From NCBI GenBank assembly GCA_029856145.1, contig JAHQWK010000004.1:180641-244640 (forward strand): DNA of 64,000 bases. Direction: 5' to 3'. Positions 40,677-50,812 of this stretch are shown here, one piece after another. Numbering within the stretch: the stretch's first letter is position 1; the number at the start of each line of letters is the position of its first letter. The notes beneath the pieces are model-generated. The model saw only the letters and a program-made list of their open reading frames with translations. It was not told the DNA's origin and did no database searches. Source of the DNA: Promethearchaeia archaeon (GTDB lineage: Archaea; Asgardarchaeota; Lokiarchaeia; Sigyniarchaeales; SOKP01). The translations under genes were made by a program, and so were the position numbers.

Positions 40677-41381
40677 TTAATTTTTTTCTTCATTTTCTTT
40701 CTTTTTTTTCTTATCTGTTTTTTGTAAAAGTTCAATTAATATCACGTTATTGAATGAAAAAAGTATCCTAGGAATGTAATTTTCTGCTAAGTAGGGACCA
40801 TCATCGATATCTTCTTTTAAGGGAAAGATTTTCTTCTCTTTTATAACTGAATCCAAATAATTTCTGTCGTATTCTTTGTACGCATATACTTTGTTATTTA
40901 CAATAACAAGTTTTCTTTCATAACCTTCAGGTATGTCAGCTTTTTCAATAAGTAATAGAATTTTTTCTTTTGATAGTTTTTCAAGCAATTCCAAATCTTG
41001 TTCAGTTCCCTCATATGTAGGCCCAGTCTGTGCTTCTACATACTCAGGTTCTTTTTCGATACCTGCGGCTACTTTGAAACCTAAAGTTTCATTACCCTCA
41101 TCAACAGCACTTATTTTAAAACCAATCCCATACCTATCCCTAACGCTCGGTGCTAATTTAGCAGCAATAAATTTCATCCTTGTAGTAGTATTACTCCCAT
41201 GCCAAATCCACACTCTATAATGAATAGGATCAACAAAAAGTAAAACGAAATCTGGATCTAAAAGTTCAGTTATTTGAATATCATCTGCCAATTCTAATTC
41301 TTGGAATTCACTTAATTCATCATTATATTGAAAAACAATAATTTTCTCTTTTTCTTGTTCTGGTAATTTATCATCTGACAT
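40677..41381 (-). CDS. Gelsolin-homology domain protein with C-terminal extension
   Basis: LLDPDFVLLFVD..RVWIWHGSNTTTRMKFIAA..VDEGNETLGF. Confidence 0.75.
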   Translation of the reverse strand: MSDDKLPEQEKEKIIVFQYNDELSEFQELELADDIQITELLDPDFVLLFVDPIHYRVWIWHGSNTTTRMKFIAAKLAPSVRDRYGIGFKISAVDEGNETLGFKVAAGIEKEPEYVEAQTGPTYEGTEQDLELLEKLSKEKILLLIEKADIPEGYERKLVIVNNKVYAYKEYDRNYLDSVIKEKKIFPLKEDIDDGPYLAENYIPRILFSFNNVILIELLQKTDKKKKKENEEKN

Positions 41382-41463
41382 AATCTTGGTTAATCAGTCT
41401 TCAATTTATATTACTATATAATTTTACTAATATATTACTATTTTGACTTTTAAAAATATCTAA

Positions 41464-41548
41464 TGCGGGAAGGGAGATTTGAACTCCCGAACTCCTTTGA
41501 GACTGGATTCTGAGTCCAGCACCGTTGACCAGGCTTGGCTATTCCCGC
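41464..41548 (-). tRNA. tRNA-Leu(CAG), intronless, CCA not encoded
   Basis: GCGGGAA/TTCCCGC acceptor stem, CTGGA-CTCAGAA-TCCAG anticodon arm, long variable arm, GTTCAAATC. Confidence 0.97.
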
Positions 41549-42089
41549 AAGCTTTTTTCAAAATCGAGAAACTCACCTATAACTCCTTTTAATTAAGAAA
41601 TCTTGCATTCTATTTAGATTTTAATAATTCTTAACAATTTTTTTATTGTTATCATTAAATGGATGAGTTATTATCGATTAATTCCTCGTTATATTCATAC
41701 AACCGAATGGGTTTGATATGCTAACCCTTGTATATCAAATATGGTTAAAGAACGTGTTATTTGCTTTCTCCCTCCTTAAGTTTTAGATTTGAGAAACTTT
41801 CAAGTCTTTGTAGTCGTCTTATTTCATTACGAATTTGAATTCCATTTATCTAACCTCCTTTTAATTTGATTTTTTTATTTTCTTCTCTAAAGTGTCTATT
41901 TCGGCAGATCTGACCAAATACGCGAAAAATCAAAAGATTAAGATCTTCAAGATGCCTTATTTCATTGGTTAAGTGATATGTTTCTAATGTTCTGTGTGAT
42001 TGCTTGAAACATTGAAACATCTTAGAATTAGATATCTAAATTAGAAGCAGAGAATATGAATAGAAAAAAGATTATTTTAATTATTTTTA

Positions 42090-42584
42090 CTAATTACCGA
42101 CCTGTAAAATTTCAAAACAAGAACCTATTTTATTTTTATTTCTTACCGTCTCAAGCGTTTCTTGAATTTTCTCAATTAAACGCACTCTATCATAATCCGT
42201 GGAGCCAAAATAAGCGAAATACTTAATTGATCTTCCATCAAACGTAGTAAATTTACGCAAATGACCATCCTTGTCATGAGAAACCGCGGTGTAATACATA
42301 ATATCAAAAAAAAGTGCAACTAACTCTAATACAACACGTTCATCTTTTAGAGGTTCTTTGGCAATCTCTTTCATCTTTTTTCGAATGCTAGTGATGATTT
42401 TTGGTCCAAATCGCTTCCTTCGCACTTCATGACATTTTTTGCATAACTTATACATACTATCCCTAAAGAATTCAGACTCACTGATCACCACAAACCCAAA
42501 ATCAGTATAAAAGACTTTTTGGTGATAGAAATTAAAATCGTCAGGATAGATAACCATTATAAAAGATTTTCCAAGAAGTTCCAA
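42090..42584 (-). CDS. Hypothetical protein (island cargo)
   Basis: 164-aa ORF with one CxxC. Confidence 0.6.
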   Translation of the reverse strand: MELLGKSFIMVIYPDDFNFYHQKVFYTDFGFVVISESEFFRDSMYKLCKKCHEVRRKRFGPKIITSIRKKMKEIAKEPLKDERVVLELVALFFDIMYYTAVSHDKDGHLRKFTTFDGRSIKYFAYFGSTDYDRVRLIEKIQETLETVRNKNKIGSCFEILQVGN

Positions 42585-42712
42585 TTATATCATCTCAAAA
42601 TTATGTTATAAAGATATTATAATAGAACTATTTAAAGGAAAATTCAATTCAATCTCAAGAATTCAAAAAGATCAAGTTTTTTTTTTAAATAAAAAGATCT
42701 AAAGAACCATAT

Positions 42713-43252
42713 ATGGAAGATATAAAAAATAAATATATAGCCCAACCACTTAAAGTACTTCAAATCCATAAAATCTTAAAAAAAATAACTCAAAATTATG
42801 AAAAGGAGTTAATAGAAACATATGAACTGATAAATGAGACTTTAAATTTCCTAAAATCCAAAGCTAATAATATAGGAAGAAAACCTTTGATACTCTTCAA
42901 TATGGCTGCGGTATATTTGATCATCTTATTTGAGGGATTCAATAAACAATTCTTCAAAGCCGCAGCAAATTTCGTATATTATGAAGATGAGATCAGTTTT
43001 GAAAAAAAATATAATAAGTCTTATAAACTTAAAGAAGAAATAATAGAAGGAGCATTTGGAATTGATTTAAAAAGGGAATTTAAGCAATGGGAACATATAG
43101 AGAAATTACATGAAGCTCGAAATCAAGTTACTCATAATATAAAGGATATTCCAGAACATTCTATTATTGAAATTTCCTATCACGCTGTAAAAGAATATTT
43201 TCAATTCATTCAGGAGAAAGTAATAGCTTTTATTGAAACGACAAAAGAATAA
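42713..43252 (+). CDS. HEPN-domain protein
   Basis: LIILFEGF and W..IEKLHEARNQVTH (RxxxxH). Confidence 0.7.
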   Translation: MEDIKNKYIAQPLKVLQIHKILKKITQNYEKELIETYELINETLNFLKSKANNIGRKPLILFNMAAVYLIILFEGFNKQFFKAAANFVYYEDEISFEKKYNKSYKLKEEIIEGAFGIDLKREFKQWEHIEKLHEARNQVTHNIKDIPEHSIIEISYHAVKEYFQFIQEKVIAFIETTKE

Positions 43253-43310
43253 AATAACACTAGATTTCTTTATTCTTTTTCAAAAAATGGTTTATATACC
43301 TAAATCCAGC

Positions 43311-44234
43311 CTAAGTTCTTGATGATTTAGAGATCATATTCTCATTCAAGTCTTTTTCTTCTGAATAAAATACTCCATCATTGGTATATATAAATCCTTT
43401 TATTTTTGTTGGCAAAGTTAGATTATGATTAGAGAGATCTTCTCTAAACATCGATATTGGGTAGTATCCTGAACATTTATCACCATCTAACAATTTTGTG
43501 TTTGGAGGTGTATTGAAAATAGTTGTTGGATACCTATAATTAGGTGCTGGTAACCATAAACCAAACCATTTATCATCATTTTTATTTAAAATCTGGAACC
43601 CATAACTGCCAACTGTTATAGGCCGGACAGATTTATTTACGCCATGTACACTTACGTACTCTTCTACTTTACCTGATTTTCCTACTAGACCAAATTCTAC
43701 TCTAACTTTGATATATTTTCTATAGGGGTCGGTCTTAATAATATATGAATTCACCTCTTCCATTGAAAGTTGTCTTTTACGGCCATCTGATCGAATCCAA
43801 AATGAATAATATAGAAAATTAGGGTTATTTGGATTATTTTTTTTCCGGATTGCATACAAACCTTTTTCTTTTGGGAATATCTGAACCCCCAAGATATACA
43901 AACCGTTAGATAAGAATATAGGATTTATAATAGGCGGTGGATCAAGGTGTGGGTCGATCTTAATATTAATAATGGTATCAATGGCATTTTTTAAATTGTC
44001 AAGCTGATCCCTACTTATACCTATAAGTTCAAATGGATCATCTCTTATCCCATACAATATATAACCACCTACCTCGGAATTGGCAAATGAAACTATATCT
44101 TTTCTTAACTCACTAACATCTCTACTATATTGCTCCTTATATTCAATATTCCGATCCTCTACATTATAAGGATCATCGCGTAGTAATTTTAAGTCATCAA
44201 ATGTCCAAGCTAAAATTGGTTTATCTATTTTAAT
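43311..44234 (-). CDS. AlbA_2/Schlafen-like domain protein
   Basis: Upstream extension encodes EDRNIEYKE..KDIVSFANSEVGGYILYGIRD; needs an ATT (44234) or ATA (44228) start. Confidence 0.8.
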   Translation of the reverse strand: MKIDKPILAWTFDDLKLLRDDPYNVEDRNIEYKEQYSRDVSELRKDIVSFANSEVGGYILYGIRDDPFELIGISRDQLDNLKNAIDTIINIKIDPHLDPPPIINPIFLSNGLYILGVQIFPKEKGLYAIRKKNNPNNPNFLYYSFWIRSDGRKRQLSMEEVNSYIIKTDPYRKYIKVRVEFGLVGKSGKVEEYVSVHGVNKSVRPITVGSYGFQILNKNDDKWFGLWLPAPNYRYPTTIFNTPPNTKLLDGDKCSGYYPISMFREDLSNHNLTLPTKIKGFIYTNDGVFYSEEKDLNENMISKSSRT

Positions 44235-44444
44235 AAAAACACCATATTTCTTTAATTAAAGATTTCTGTCATTGGAATTTATCTCACTATTCTTATTAAG
44301 TATAATTTAGGTGCTTTCTTAATAAGTATTTGAGTATAAAACATTTTTAATTTATGTGTGAATGTCTAAAAGCTATTGAGACAACCAAATTTTTTTACCA
44401 TTAAGTTTAAAAAAGTTATATATTTAGAAAGTCCTATTCAAAAT

Positions 44445-44612
44445 CTACTTATCTTGCTCTGTTAAAATCTTTTGGATTGAAACTACAGATTTTATTAGCT
44501 CCTTTAAAACGTCCGCTGTTTTTTTTGTTCCTAAAGTCCATCCACTTCCTATTCTAAATGATTTTAATCTTAATATACTCTCTTTTAGTTCTTTTTTAAT
44601 CTCTTCATTCAT
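44445..44612 (-). CDS. Small hypothetical protein (55 aa)
   Basis: GAGAGGT then ATG; MNEEIKKELKESILRLKSFRIGSGWTLG... Confidence 0.55.
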   Translation of the reverse strand: MNEEIKKELKESILRLKSFRIGSGWTLGTKKTADVLKELIKSVVSIQKILTEQDK

Positions 44613-44981
44613 TTTTTAACCTCTCTCGTTTATAAATATTAAGTACTCTATATTATATGTACATTGATAGAAAAAAAATAAGAGGTAAATAATCGATTTG
44701 TTTTCGAACAATTATGTTTTGTAATTTAACTCCCATAATTACAATTAAATAAAAAAGAATAATAAAAAGAAAAAAATTTTAGAATTTATTTTTAGATTTA
44801 AAAAAATGTATATATGGATAGTTCATTAGAAATCTGAGGATTCTGGAGCATTTGAGTAAATAAATCTCCATCTGCCCATTCCCAGCATGCGACAGCATCA
44901 TCAGAATAAAACCTAGCATAATACCAAAAATTTCCACTACTTAAAAAGTTAACCGAAGTAGGAGATCCTAAAGCAAAAAAA

Positions 44982-45776
44982 GTGTTTAAAGATGAGATTA
45001 TAAAAAGATTTATTAGAGGTAATCCAAATGTTATTTCCTATTTCCTTGAAGAAAATTTTTTAAATTATTTTAGTAAAGAAGAGATTCAAATCTTATTTGA
45101 AAATTTAAACTCATCACCCATAATTAAAGAAGACCCAAAGTTAATTTTTCTATTATTAAATAAATTTAATGACATTGACGTTTCTGAAATAAAATGGCTT
45201 GATAATCTAAAAATAATTAAAAAATTGAATCTTACAGCCAATAAATTAACTTATCTTAAAGGAATTGAATATTTCACTCAATTAGAAAAACTGAATCTTA
45301 GTGAGAATCAGCTTGTGGAGATTAAAGGGTTAAGACCTCTAATTAATTTAATGAAATTAATTTTAAATAAGAATCATATAAAAGAAATTAAAGGAATAGA
45401 AAATCTTATCAATTTAAGGGAACTTTATCTTTGGGATAACAAGATAGAAGAGATTAAAGGTTTAGAGAACTTGAGAAAATTAGAAAAATTGAGCCTTGGT
45501 GGCAATCGAATAAAAGAGATTAAAGGTTTAGAGAGTCTTACAAACTTAACATCCTTAGATCTTAGTTATAATCAAATTACACGAATAAATAGATTAAATA
45601 ATCTCCAAATGTTACAGAGATTATATCTTCATTCTAATGAGTTAAAAGAAATGAAGGGAATAGAGAATCTTAGTAACCTTCAAGAATTATGGATCGCCAA
45701 TAATAAGTTACCTGATAAGATACTTAATAATTTAAAAAGTTCTAAAATTAAGTTTCATTTACATGAGACCAATTAA
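44982..45776 (+). CDS. SDS22-like leucine-rich repeat protein, probably 5'-truncated
   Basis: 22-aa repeats LxxLxLxxNxIxEIKGLE; upstream FPLLKKLTEVGDPKAKK is preceded by stops. Confidence 0.8.
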   Translation: MFKDEIIKRFIRGNPNVISYFLEENFLNYFSKEEIQILFENLNSSPIIKEDPKLIFLLLNKFNDIDVSEIKWLDNLKIIKKLNLTANKLTYLKGIEYFTQLEKLNLSENQLVEIKGLRPLINLMKLILNKNHIKEIKGIENLINLRELYLWDNKIEEIKGLENLRKLEKLSLGGNRIKEIKGLESLTNLTSLDLSYNQITRINRLNNLQMLQRLYLHSNELKEMKGIENLSNLQELWIANNKLPDKILNNLKSSKIKFHLHETN

Positions 45777-45790
45777 AATCACCATCGCTT

Positions 45791-45816
45791 TTGACCAAAC
45801 TTGACAATTCCCGCAA
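45791..45816 (-). repeat. Decayed copy of the tRNA-Leu 5' end (att-like)
   Basis: TTGACCAAACTTGACAATTCCCGCAA vs TTGACCAGGCTTGGCTATTCCCGCAA. Confidence 0.7.
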
Positions 45817-45921
45817 AATTTTTGTAAATAGTCCGAATAACTTATTTTTTTAAATAATAATTATTTAAAATTCCTAAAAATTTTAATGATTACTTTATAA
45901 TTGGATTAGTATGCTTAAAAA

Positions 45922-46548
45922 ATGCAAGAGCTCCTAAATAAAATATTAATTCTAAAAGACAGCGAAATAAAATCCCGTATTGACTCTCGTTTAGCTGAAT
46001 TTAGTATTATTAAACACCAACAAAAAGAAGCAATTTTTAAAGAACTCTGTTTTTGTATTATGACGGCTAACTGTAGCGCTGTGAAATGTATTGAGGTGCA
46101 TGAACGCGTTAAAGACGGTTTTCTCACTTTTACTGAAAATGAGCTAGCAAATAAATTCAAAGAACTCGGATATCGTTTTCCAAATATAAGATCGCAATTT
46201 ATAATTGAAGCACGAGAAAATATTTCTCAGCTGGAAGACATCATTAAAACAGGAGATGGTGGAAGAAATCTGCGAGAATGGATAGTGAGAAATATTAAAG
46301 GTATTGGATATAAAGAAGCGAGTCACTTTCTAAGAAATATTGGATATACTGAGTATGCAATCATAGATTTTCATATTGTAGACCTTTTAGTCAAAAACAA
46401 CCTACTACAAAAACCAAAAGCTATAACAAAGACAAAATATTTAGAAATCGAATTACTTCTGAAAAGTATCGGAAATAAATTAAATTTAAACATGGCAGAA
46501 TTAGATCTATATTTATGGTTTTTAGAAACAGGAAAGATACTTAAATGA
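45922..46548 (+). CDS. ogg: 8-oxoguanine DNA glycosylase/AP lyase
   Basis: ELCFCIMTAN, GYRFPN, KGIGYKEASHFLRNIG, IIDFH. Confidence 0.92.
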   Translation: MQELLNKILILKDSEIKSRIDSRLAEFSIIKHQQKEAIFKELCFCIMTANCSAVKCIEVHERVKDGFLTFTENELANKFKELGYRFPNIRSQFIIEARENISQLEDIIKTGDGGRNLREWIVRNIKGIGYKEASHFLRNIGYTEYAIIDFHIVDLLVKNNLLQKPKAITKTKYLEIELLLKSIGNKLNLNMAELDLYLWFLETGKILK

Positions 46549-46625
46549 TAAAATCTCTTTTAAATTTTAACTAGCATGCTCGAATAATCAATAATTCCAA
46601 AAAAAAACATAAAAAAAAATTGTTA

Positions 46626-47333
46626 TTATTCTGATTTTAAGTTATATCCACATCCAGGGCAAAATTTAGCCTCATTGTCTGGTATTTTTTCACCACATAC
46701 TGGACAAAAATTAATTCCATGAGGTTCTTCAATTGGTTCTGAAACTGATGGGGTTATTTCTTCACTTACTTGGGGTTCTTCTTTCACTACTGGTGTTTCT
46801 TCTTTACTTATTGGTTTTATTTCAACTTCTTCTTTACCAACACTTTTACCTATGATAAATCCTAAAATTGATAATCCACCTCCAATAAATGGAGCGATGA
46901 CTGCGAAACTAGGAATGCCTCCTTGCCAAAAACTAAGTGGAAAACCATAGTTTATTATGGTATATATGAAATAACCTAGTTCTGACCCTGCAATATAGAA
47001 AATTGTACCTCCAATAAGCAGAATACCAAGAGCTATCCAAGAACCAGGTGTCTCTTTCCCTCTATGGGTGAGAGGAGAGATGAACAATATAATTGTACAA
47101 ACGGTTATTAAAATTGTACAACTAATCCCAACAATCATTAAACTCGGAATAGCCAAAAAACCAGGTACAGGAAAACCTAAACCAACGATTAGATAAAATC
47201 CATTCATATATTGAAGCACATGTGGGAGACCAGGAAAAACTACAGCGGGTGTGAAAAGACTAATTGCTGTAAGTATACTTCCGATAAAAGGTAATATCCA
47301 AATATAATTTCTTACCTTAGACATAAATTTCAA
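46626..47333 (-). CDS. Multi-pass membrane protein with C-terminal zinc ribbon
   Basis: Hydrophobic helices; FCPVCG..FCPGCG. Confidence 0.75.
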   Translation of the reverse strand: MKFMSKVRNYIWILPFIGSILTAISLFTPAVVFPGLPHVLQYMNGFYLIVGLGFPVPGFLAIPSLMIVGISCTILITVCTIILFISPLTHRGKETPGSWIALGILLIGGTIFYIAGSELGYFIYTIINYGFPLSFWQGGIPSFAVIAPFIGGGLSILGFIIGKSVGKEEVEIKPISKEETPVVKEEPQVSEEITPSVSEPIEEPHGINFCPVCGEKIPDNEAKFCPGCGYNLKSE

Positions 47334-47678
47334 CTCTTTTTTTTTAAAATTTCAAATAGGGAATTTCTATAAGATAATTAAAGTATTTGCTGATTTATGA
47401 TTATATTCTTTCTTATTTAATTCTTTACGTTAGAATAAAAGCTTAGAGAGATATTAAAACTTTTATATAAAACCTCTCTTGCTTTTAATTTACATATAAA
47501 AATTTCAATGATAAATTCATTAAGTTTTATTATTTAACTCAGATTTCCTTGAAGATTAAAATTATAAGGGGCAATCCTTTTATTAAAGTTTTAATACATT
47601 TAATCAAATTTGTCTTAAATAAATGAATATTAAGAAAAAGTAAATTCACAAAAAAAATCAAGAAAAAAATGATTAGAA

Positions 47679-48350
47679 ATGGATCCTACTTGTCATGAAT
47701 GTAATAGCATTAGTTTTTGCATTCTTGGAAAACCAAACAAAAGTATAGGAAATTGTCCTATGATAAAAAACTCTGAAATAGAAAATGAAGCGTTAAATCT
47801 TTATAAAACTGATGAAATCATAAAAACAACAACAAAAATGGCATCTATCGTAGAAGCTTCAGGATATCTTCTTTGGCCTCGTTTAAAGGATACTATAGAA
47901 TTTGCTAAAGGAATGGATTTTAAAAAAATAGGGTTAGCTTTTTGTGTTGGTTTACGAAGAGAAGCAAGAAAAACAGCAGAAATATTAAATAAATATGGTT
48001 TTGAAGTGTGTTCAGTTTGTTGCAAGACAGGAGCAATTAAAAAAACAGAAGTAGATATTCCTAAAGAGTATACAATATTTTCGAAAACAGGATATCCTCT
48101 TGGTTTTGTCTCATGTAACCCTGTTGCTCAAGCATTATTATTAAACAATTCTCAAACAGATTTGAACTTAATAATTGGTTTATGCGTGGGACATGATATT
48201 ACTTTTACCCAACTATCGATGGCTCCAGTGAGTACATTAATTGCTAAAGATAGGTCAAATCCACATAGCCCCGCAGCAGTTCTGTATACTCCATACGGAG
48301 ACTCATATTTTGCGAAAGATTTAAAAATATCTCAGAAGGAAAAGAAATAA
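47679..48350 (+). CDS. DUF1847-family Cys-rich metal-binding protein
   Basis: KIGLAFCVGL, SVCCKTG, CNPVAQA, GLCVGHD, LIAKDR. Confidence 0.85.
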   Translation: MDPTCHECNSISFCILGKPNKSIGNCPMIKNSEIENEALNLYKTDEIIKTTTKMASIVEASGYLLWPRLKDTIEFAKGMDFKKIGLAFCVGLRREARKTAEILNKYGFEVCSVCCKTGAIKKTEVDIPKEYTIFSKTGYPLGFVSCNPVAQALLLNNSQTDLNLIIGLCVGHDITFTQLSMAPVSTLIAKDRSNPHSPAAVLYTPYGDSYFAKDLKISQKEKK

Positions 48351-48603
48351 AAAACTCTAACTTAAGATTTTTCTTTCAACCTTCTTTAATAATAGATGAT
48401 TCTTAACATTAAGTAAATTTAAATATTAAAGTATGAAATTCAACATTAATAATTACAAGATAGGTAAGTGATTTAAGATAAGATACCCAAATAAAGTAAT
48501 AGAATTAATTAAACAGCTCCCTGAGGGGCATTCTGAGTTAAAAAAGTTAATTAAAAAAAATTATCAAAAAATAAATTTTGATAAATTAAAGACTTTTGAT
48601 CTT

Positions 48604-50334
48604 GTGGGTGATGAAGCACAAATAGAGATATTTTATGGTAAAGTTATTGAGGAAATTCTTTTAGATAATTCAGACGCTTTTAAATTACTTAAGATTTTAT
48701 CTGTTATCAATACAGAGATAGATACTAATATTGATAGAAAAACTATTGAAACCTGCTGTAAATTATCAAATGTAGAGAAATCCTTTGATGAATTATTGGA
48801 TACAGGAATATTAAAGAAAAAAAAAGGCAAAGAGGTAGTATTTGAATTCTTGTCTCAAGAAATCCAAGATGCTTTAGAACCCCTAACTGATGATAAAAGC
48901 CATGAAAAAGCATTACAATATTATCAAAGAAAAAGCAAGAAATTTAAAGACGATCTTCAGGATGATATTGAGGTTCTTTTTCATAAGGTAAAATTAAACC
49001 CATCTGAGGGATTAGTTGATGAATTTCTAGCGATTGCCAATAATATTGCACAATTTGATTATGGGCACAAAAGATTAATTGATGTTGCGCAAGATTTGTT
49101 TGTTCTTGATGATAAATATAAGGCACCAATTCTAATCGTGCTTGGAAATCTTTTTTCTGTGATAGGAAATTCTGAGGACGCAGAGAAAATATACCTGAAA
49201 GCTTTGGATATTTACAAAAATTTAGCCAAAAAGTATTACAGATTATATTTACCCTATGTCGCTGCAACTCAAAAAAATCTCGGAACTTTATATATTGATT
49301 TAAAAAGGTTTGAAGAGGCAGAAAAGATATATAGCGATGCATTGAGTTCATATAAAGAGCTAGAAAGGCAATATTATGATGCACATTCACCTGACTTTCA
49401 TTCAAAAGAGTATAAGGGTATAGAAAAGTCTTACATTGATGATTTAAAGGCATATAATGAGATATTGAAACGATATTATAATATATATCTACCTGAGGAA
49501 CCCTCAATTACAAGTGATTTTGGCAATATAGGAATTGATTTGGACTTATTAGAGGATATTCAAGATGGATCCATTGATTCTATAGATAGTTACAAAACAT
49601 TAGCGAAAGTGTATTATGATATGTATTTAATCGATATTGCAAAGACTCAGAGTAGCCTTGGAATTATCTATAGTGAATTAATGAAATTTGAAGATGCCGA
49701 ACGAATGCACCTTGAAGCATTAAAAATTAAAAAAAAAATAGCTGAACATTATCCTGATCAGGTTTTACCTGAACTTGTCCTTACTCTATTAGATCTTGGA
49801 GACTTATATGCTAGTTTAAATAAATTTGAGGACGCAGAACCAATGTTCATTGAAGCATTAAAAATTACTCAACAATTAGCAGAACAGAATCCAGAAGTAT
49901 ATATGTACAATATTGCTCTTATCCAGAATTCCCTTGGGACTATATACACCAAATTACAGAGGTTTGAAGAGTCTGAACAATTTTACCTTGAAGCATTAAA
50001 AATCTTTAAAATCTTTGCAAATGAAGACCCAAAAACCTATTCTTACAACGTTGCTGATGTTCAGAACAACCTTGGGAATTTATTTTTGATCTTAAGAAAT
50101 CTTGATAAAGCCGAATCATTTCTAAATAAGGCACTCAAGAAAGATCCTGCTAATATTGATATACTATATAATCTCGCTTGTCTTGAATCACTTAGAGATA
50201 ACCAAATAAAAGCACTGGAAATATTAACAAAAGTAGTAGAATTTGATAAAAATTATATTGAAAAGGCAAAACAAGATAAAAGATTTGATAATATTAGAAA
50301 TTTAAAAGAATTTAAAGATTTAATAACTGTTTAA
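48604..50334 (+). CDS. Tetratricopeptide repeat protein
   Basis: Repeated A..QNNLGNL..L.RFEEAE..Y..AL; frame open upstream to an ATA at 48478. Confidence 0.85.
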   Translation: MGDEAQIEIFYGKVIEEILLDNSDAFKLLKILSVINTEIDTNIDRKTIETCCKLSNVEKSFDELLDTGILKKKKGKEVVFEFLSQEIQDALEPLTDDKSHEKALQYYQRKSKKFKDDLQDDIEVLFHKVKLNPSEGLVDEFLAIANNIAQFDYGHKRLIDVAQDLFVLDDKYKAPILIVLGNLFSVIGNSEDAEKIYLKALDIYKNLAKKYYRLYLPYVAATQKNLGTLYIDLKRFEEAEKIYSDALSSYKELERQYYDAHSPDFHSKEYKGIEKSYIDDLKAYNEILKRYYNIYLPEEPSITSDFGNIGIDLDLLEDIQDGSIDSIDSYKTLAKVYYDMYLIDIAKTQSSLGIIYSELMKFEDAERMHLEALKIKKKIAEHYPDQVLPELVLTLLDLGDLYASLNKFEDAEPMFIEALKITQQLAEQNPEVYMYNIALIQNSLGTIYTKLQRFEESEQFYLEALKIFKIFANEDPKTYSYNVADVQNNLGNLFLILRNLDKAESFLNKALKKDPANIDILYNLACLESLRDNQIKALEILTKVVEFDKNYIEKAKQDKRFDNIRNLKEFKDLITV

Positions 50335-50335
50335 A

Positions 50336-50800
50336 TTGCCAAAATTTACATTAAAAAAGATTACAAAAATTAATTTGATGTCAATTTTACAATTAGATGT
50401 CAATCCAGAGCAGAAAAGCTTAGTTGCTTCTAATGCTGTATCAATAACACAAGCCCATTTCAATAAAGATGCATGGTTCCGAGCGATTTATGTAGATAAC
50501 AAACCAATTGGTTTTGTAATGATAAGCGATACTTTATTAAAGTCTAAATCTAACCCAAATCACCGCCCATCCTATTATCTTTGGAGATTTATGATCGATG
50601 CTAAAAATCAAGGAAAGGGTTATGGTAAAGAAGCAATGAAATTAATAATTAATCATTTAAAAAGTAGGCCAAAAGCGAAAGAATTTCTATTAAGTCATTC
50701 CAAGTCTGATGGAAATGCGGGAGAATTTTATAAAAAATGTGGTTTTAAATATACTGGTAAAGAAATTGGGGATGAATTAGTAATGCGTTTAGAATTATAA
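50336..50800 (+). CDS. GNAT N-acetyltransferase (diamine acetyltransferase-like)
   Basis: LWRFMID..QGKGYGK, FYKKCGF. Confidence 0.88.
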   Translation: MPKFTLKKITKINLMSILQLDVNPEQKSLVASNAVSITQAHFNKDAWFRAIYVDNKPIGFVMISDTLLKSKSNPNHRPSYYLWRFMIDAKNQGKGYGKEAMKLIINHLKSRPKAKEFLLSHSKSDGNAGEFYKKCGFKYTGKEIGDELVMRLEL

Positions 50801-50812
50801 ATTTTTAACAAC

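Larger units (their letters stand above)
41525..45816. mobile_element. Degenerate island bounded by the tRNA-Leu 5' end and a decayed copy of it
   Basis: 41525-41550 vs 45791-45816 match at 22/26; cargo of HEPN, AlbA_2, LRR and orphan ORFs; no integrase visible. Confidence 0.6.

Noticed and set aside
41701-41860. Hairpin at 41701-41746 and a strong SD plus ATG at 41845
   Set aside because: The frame stops after 8 codons; probably a decayed island gene, and the hairpin matches no RNA family I can recognise
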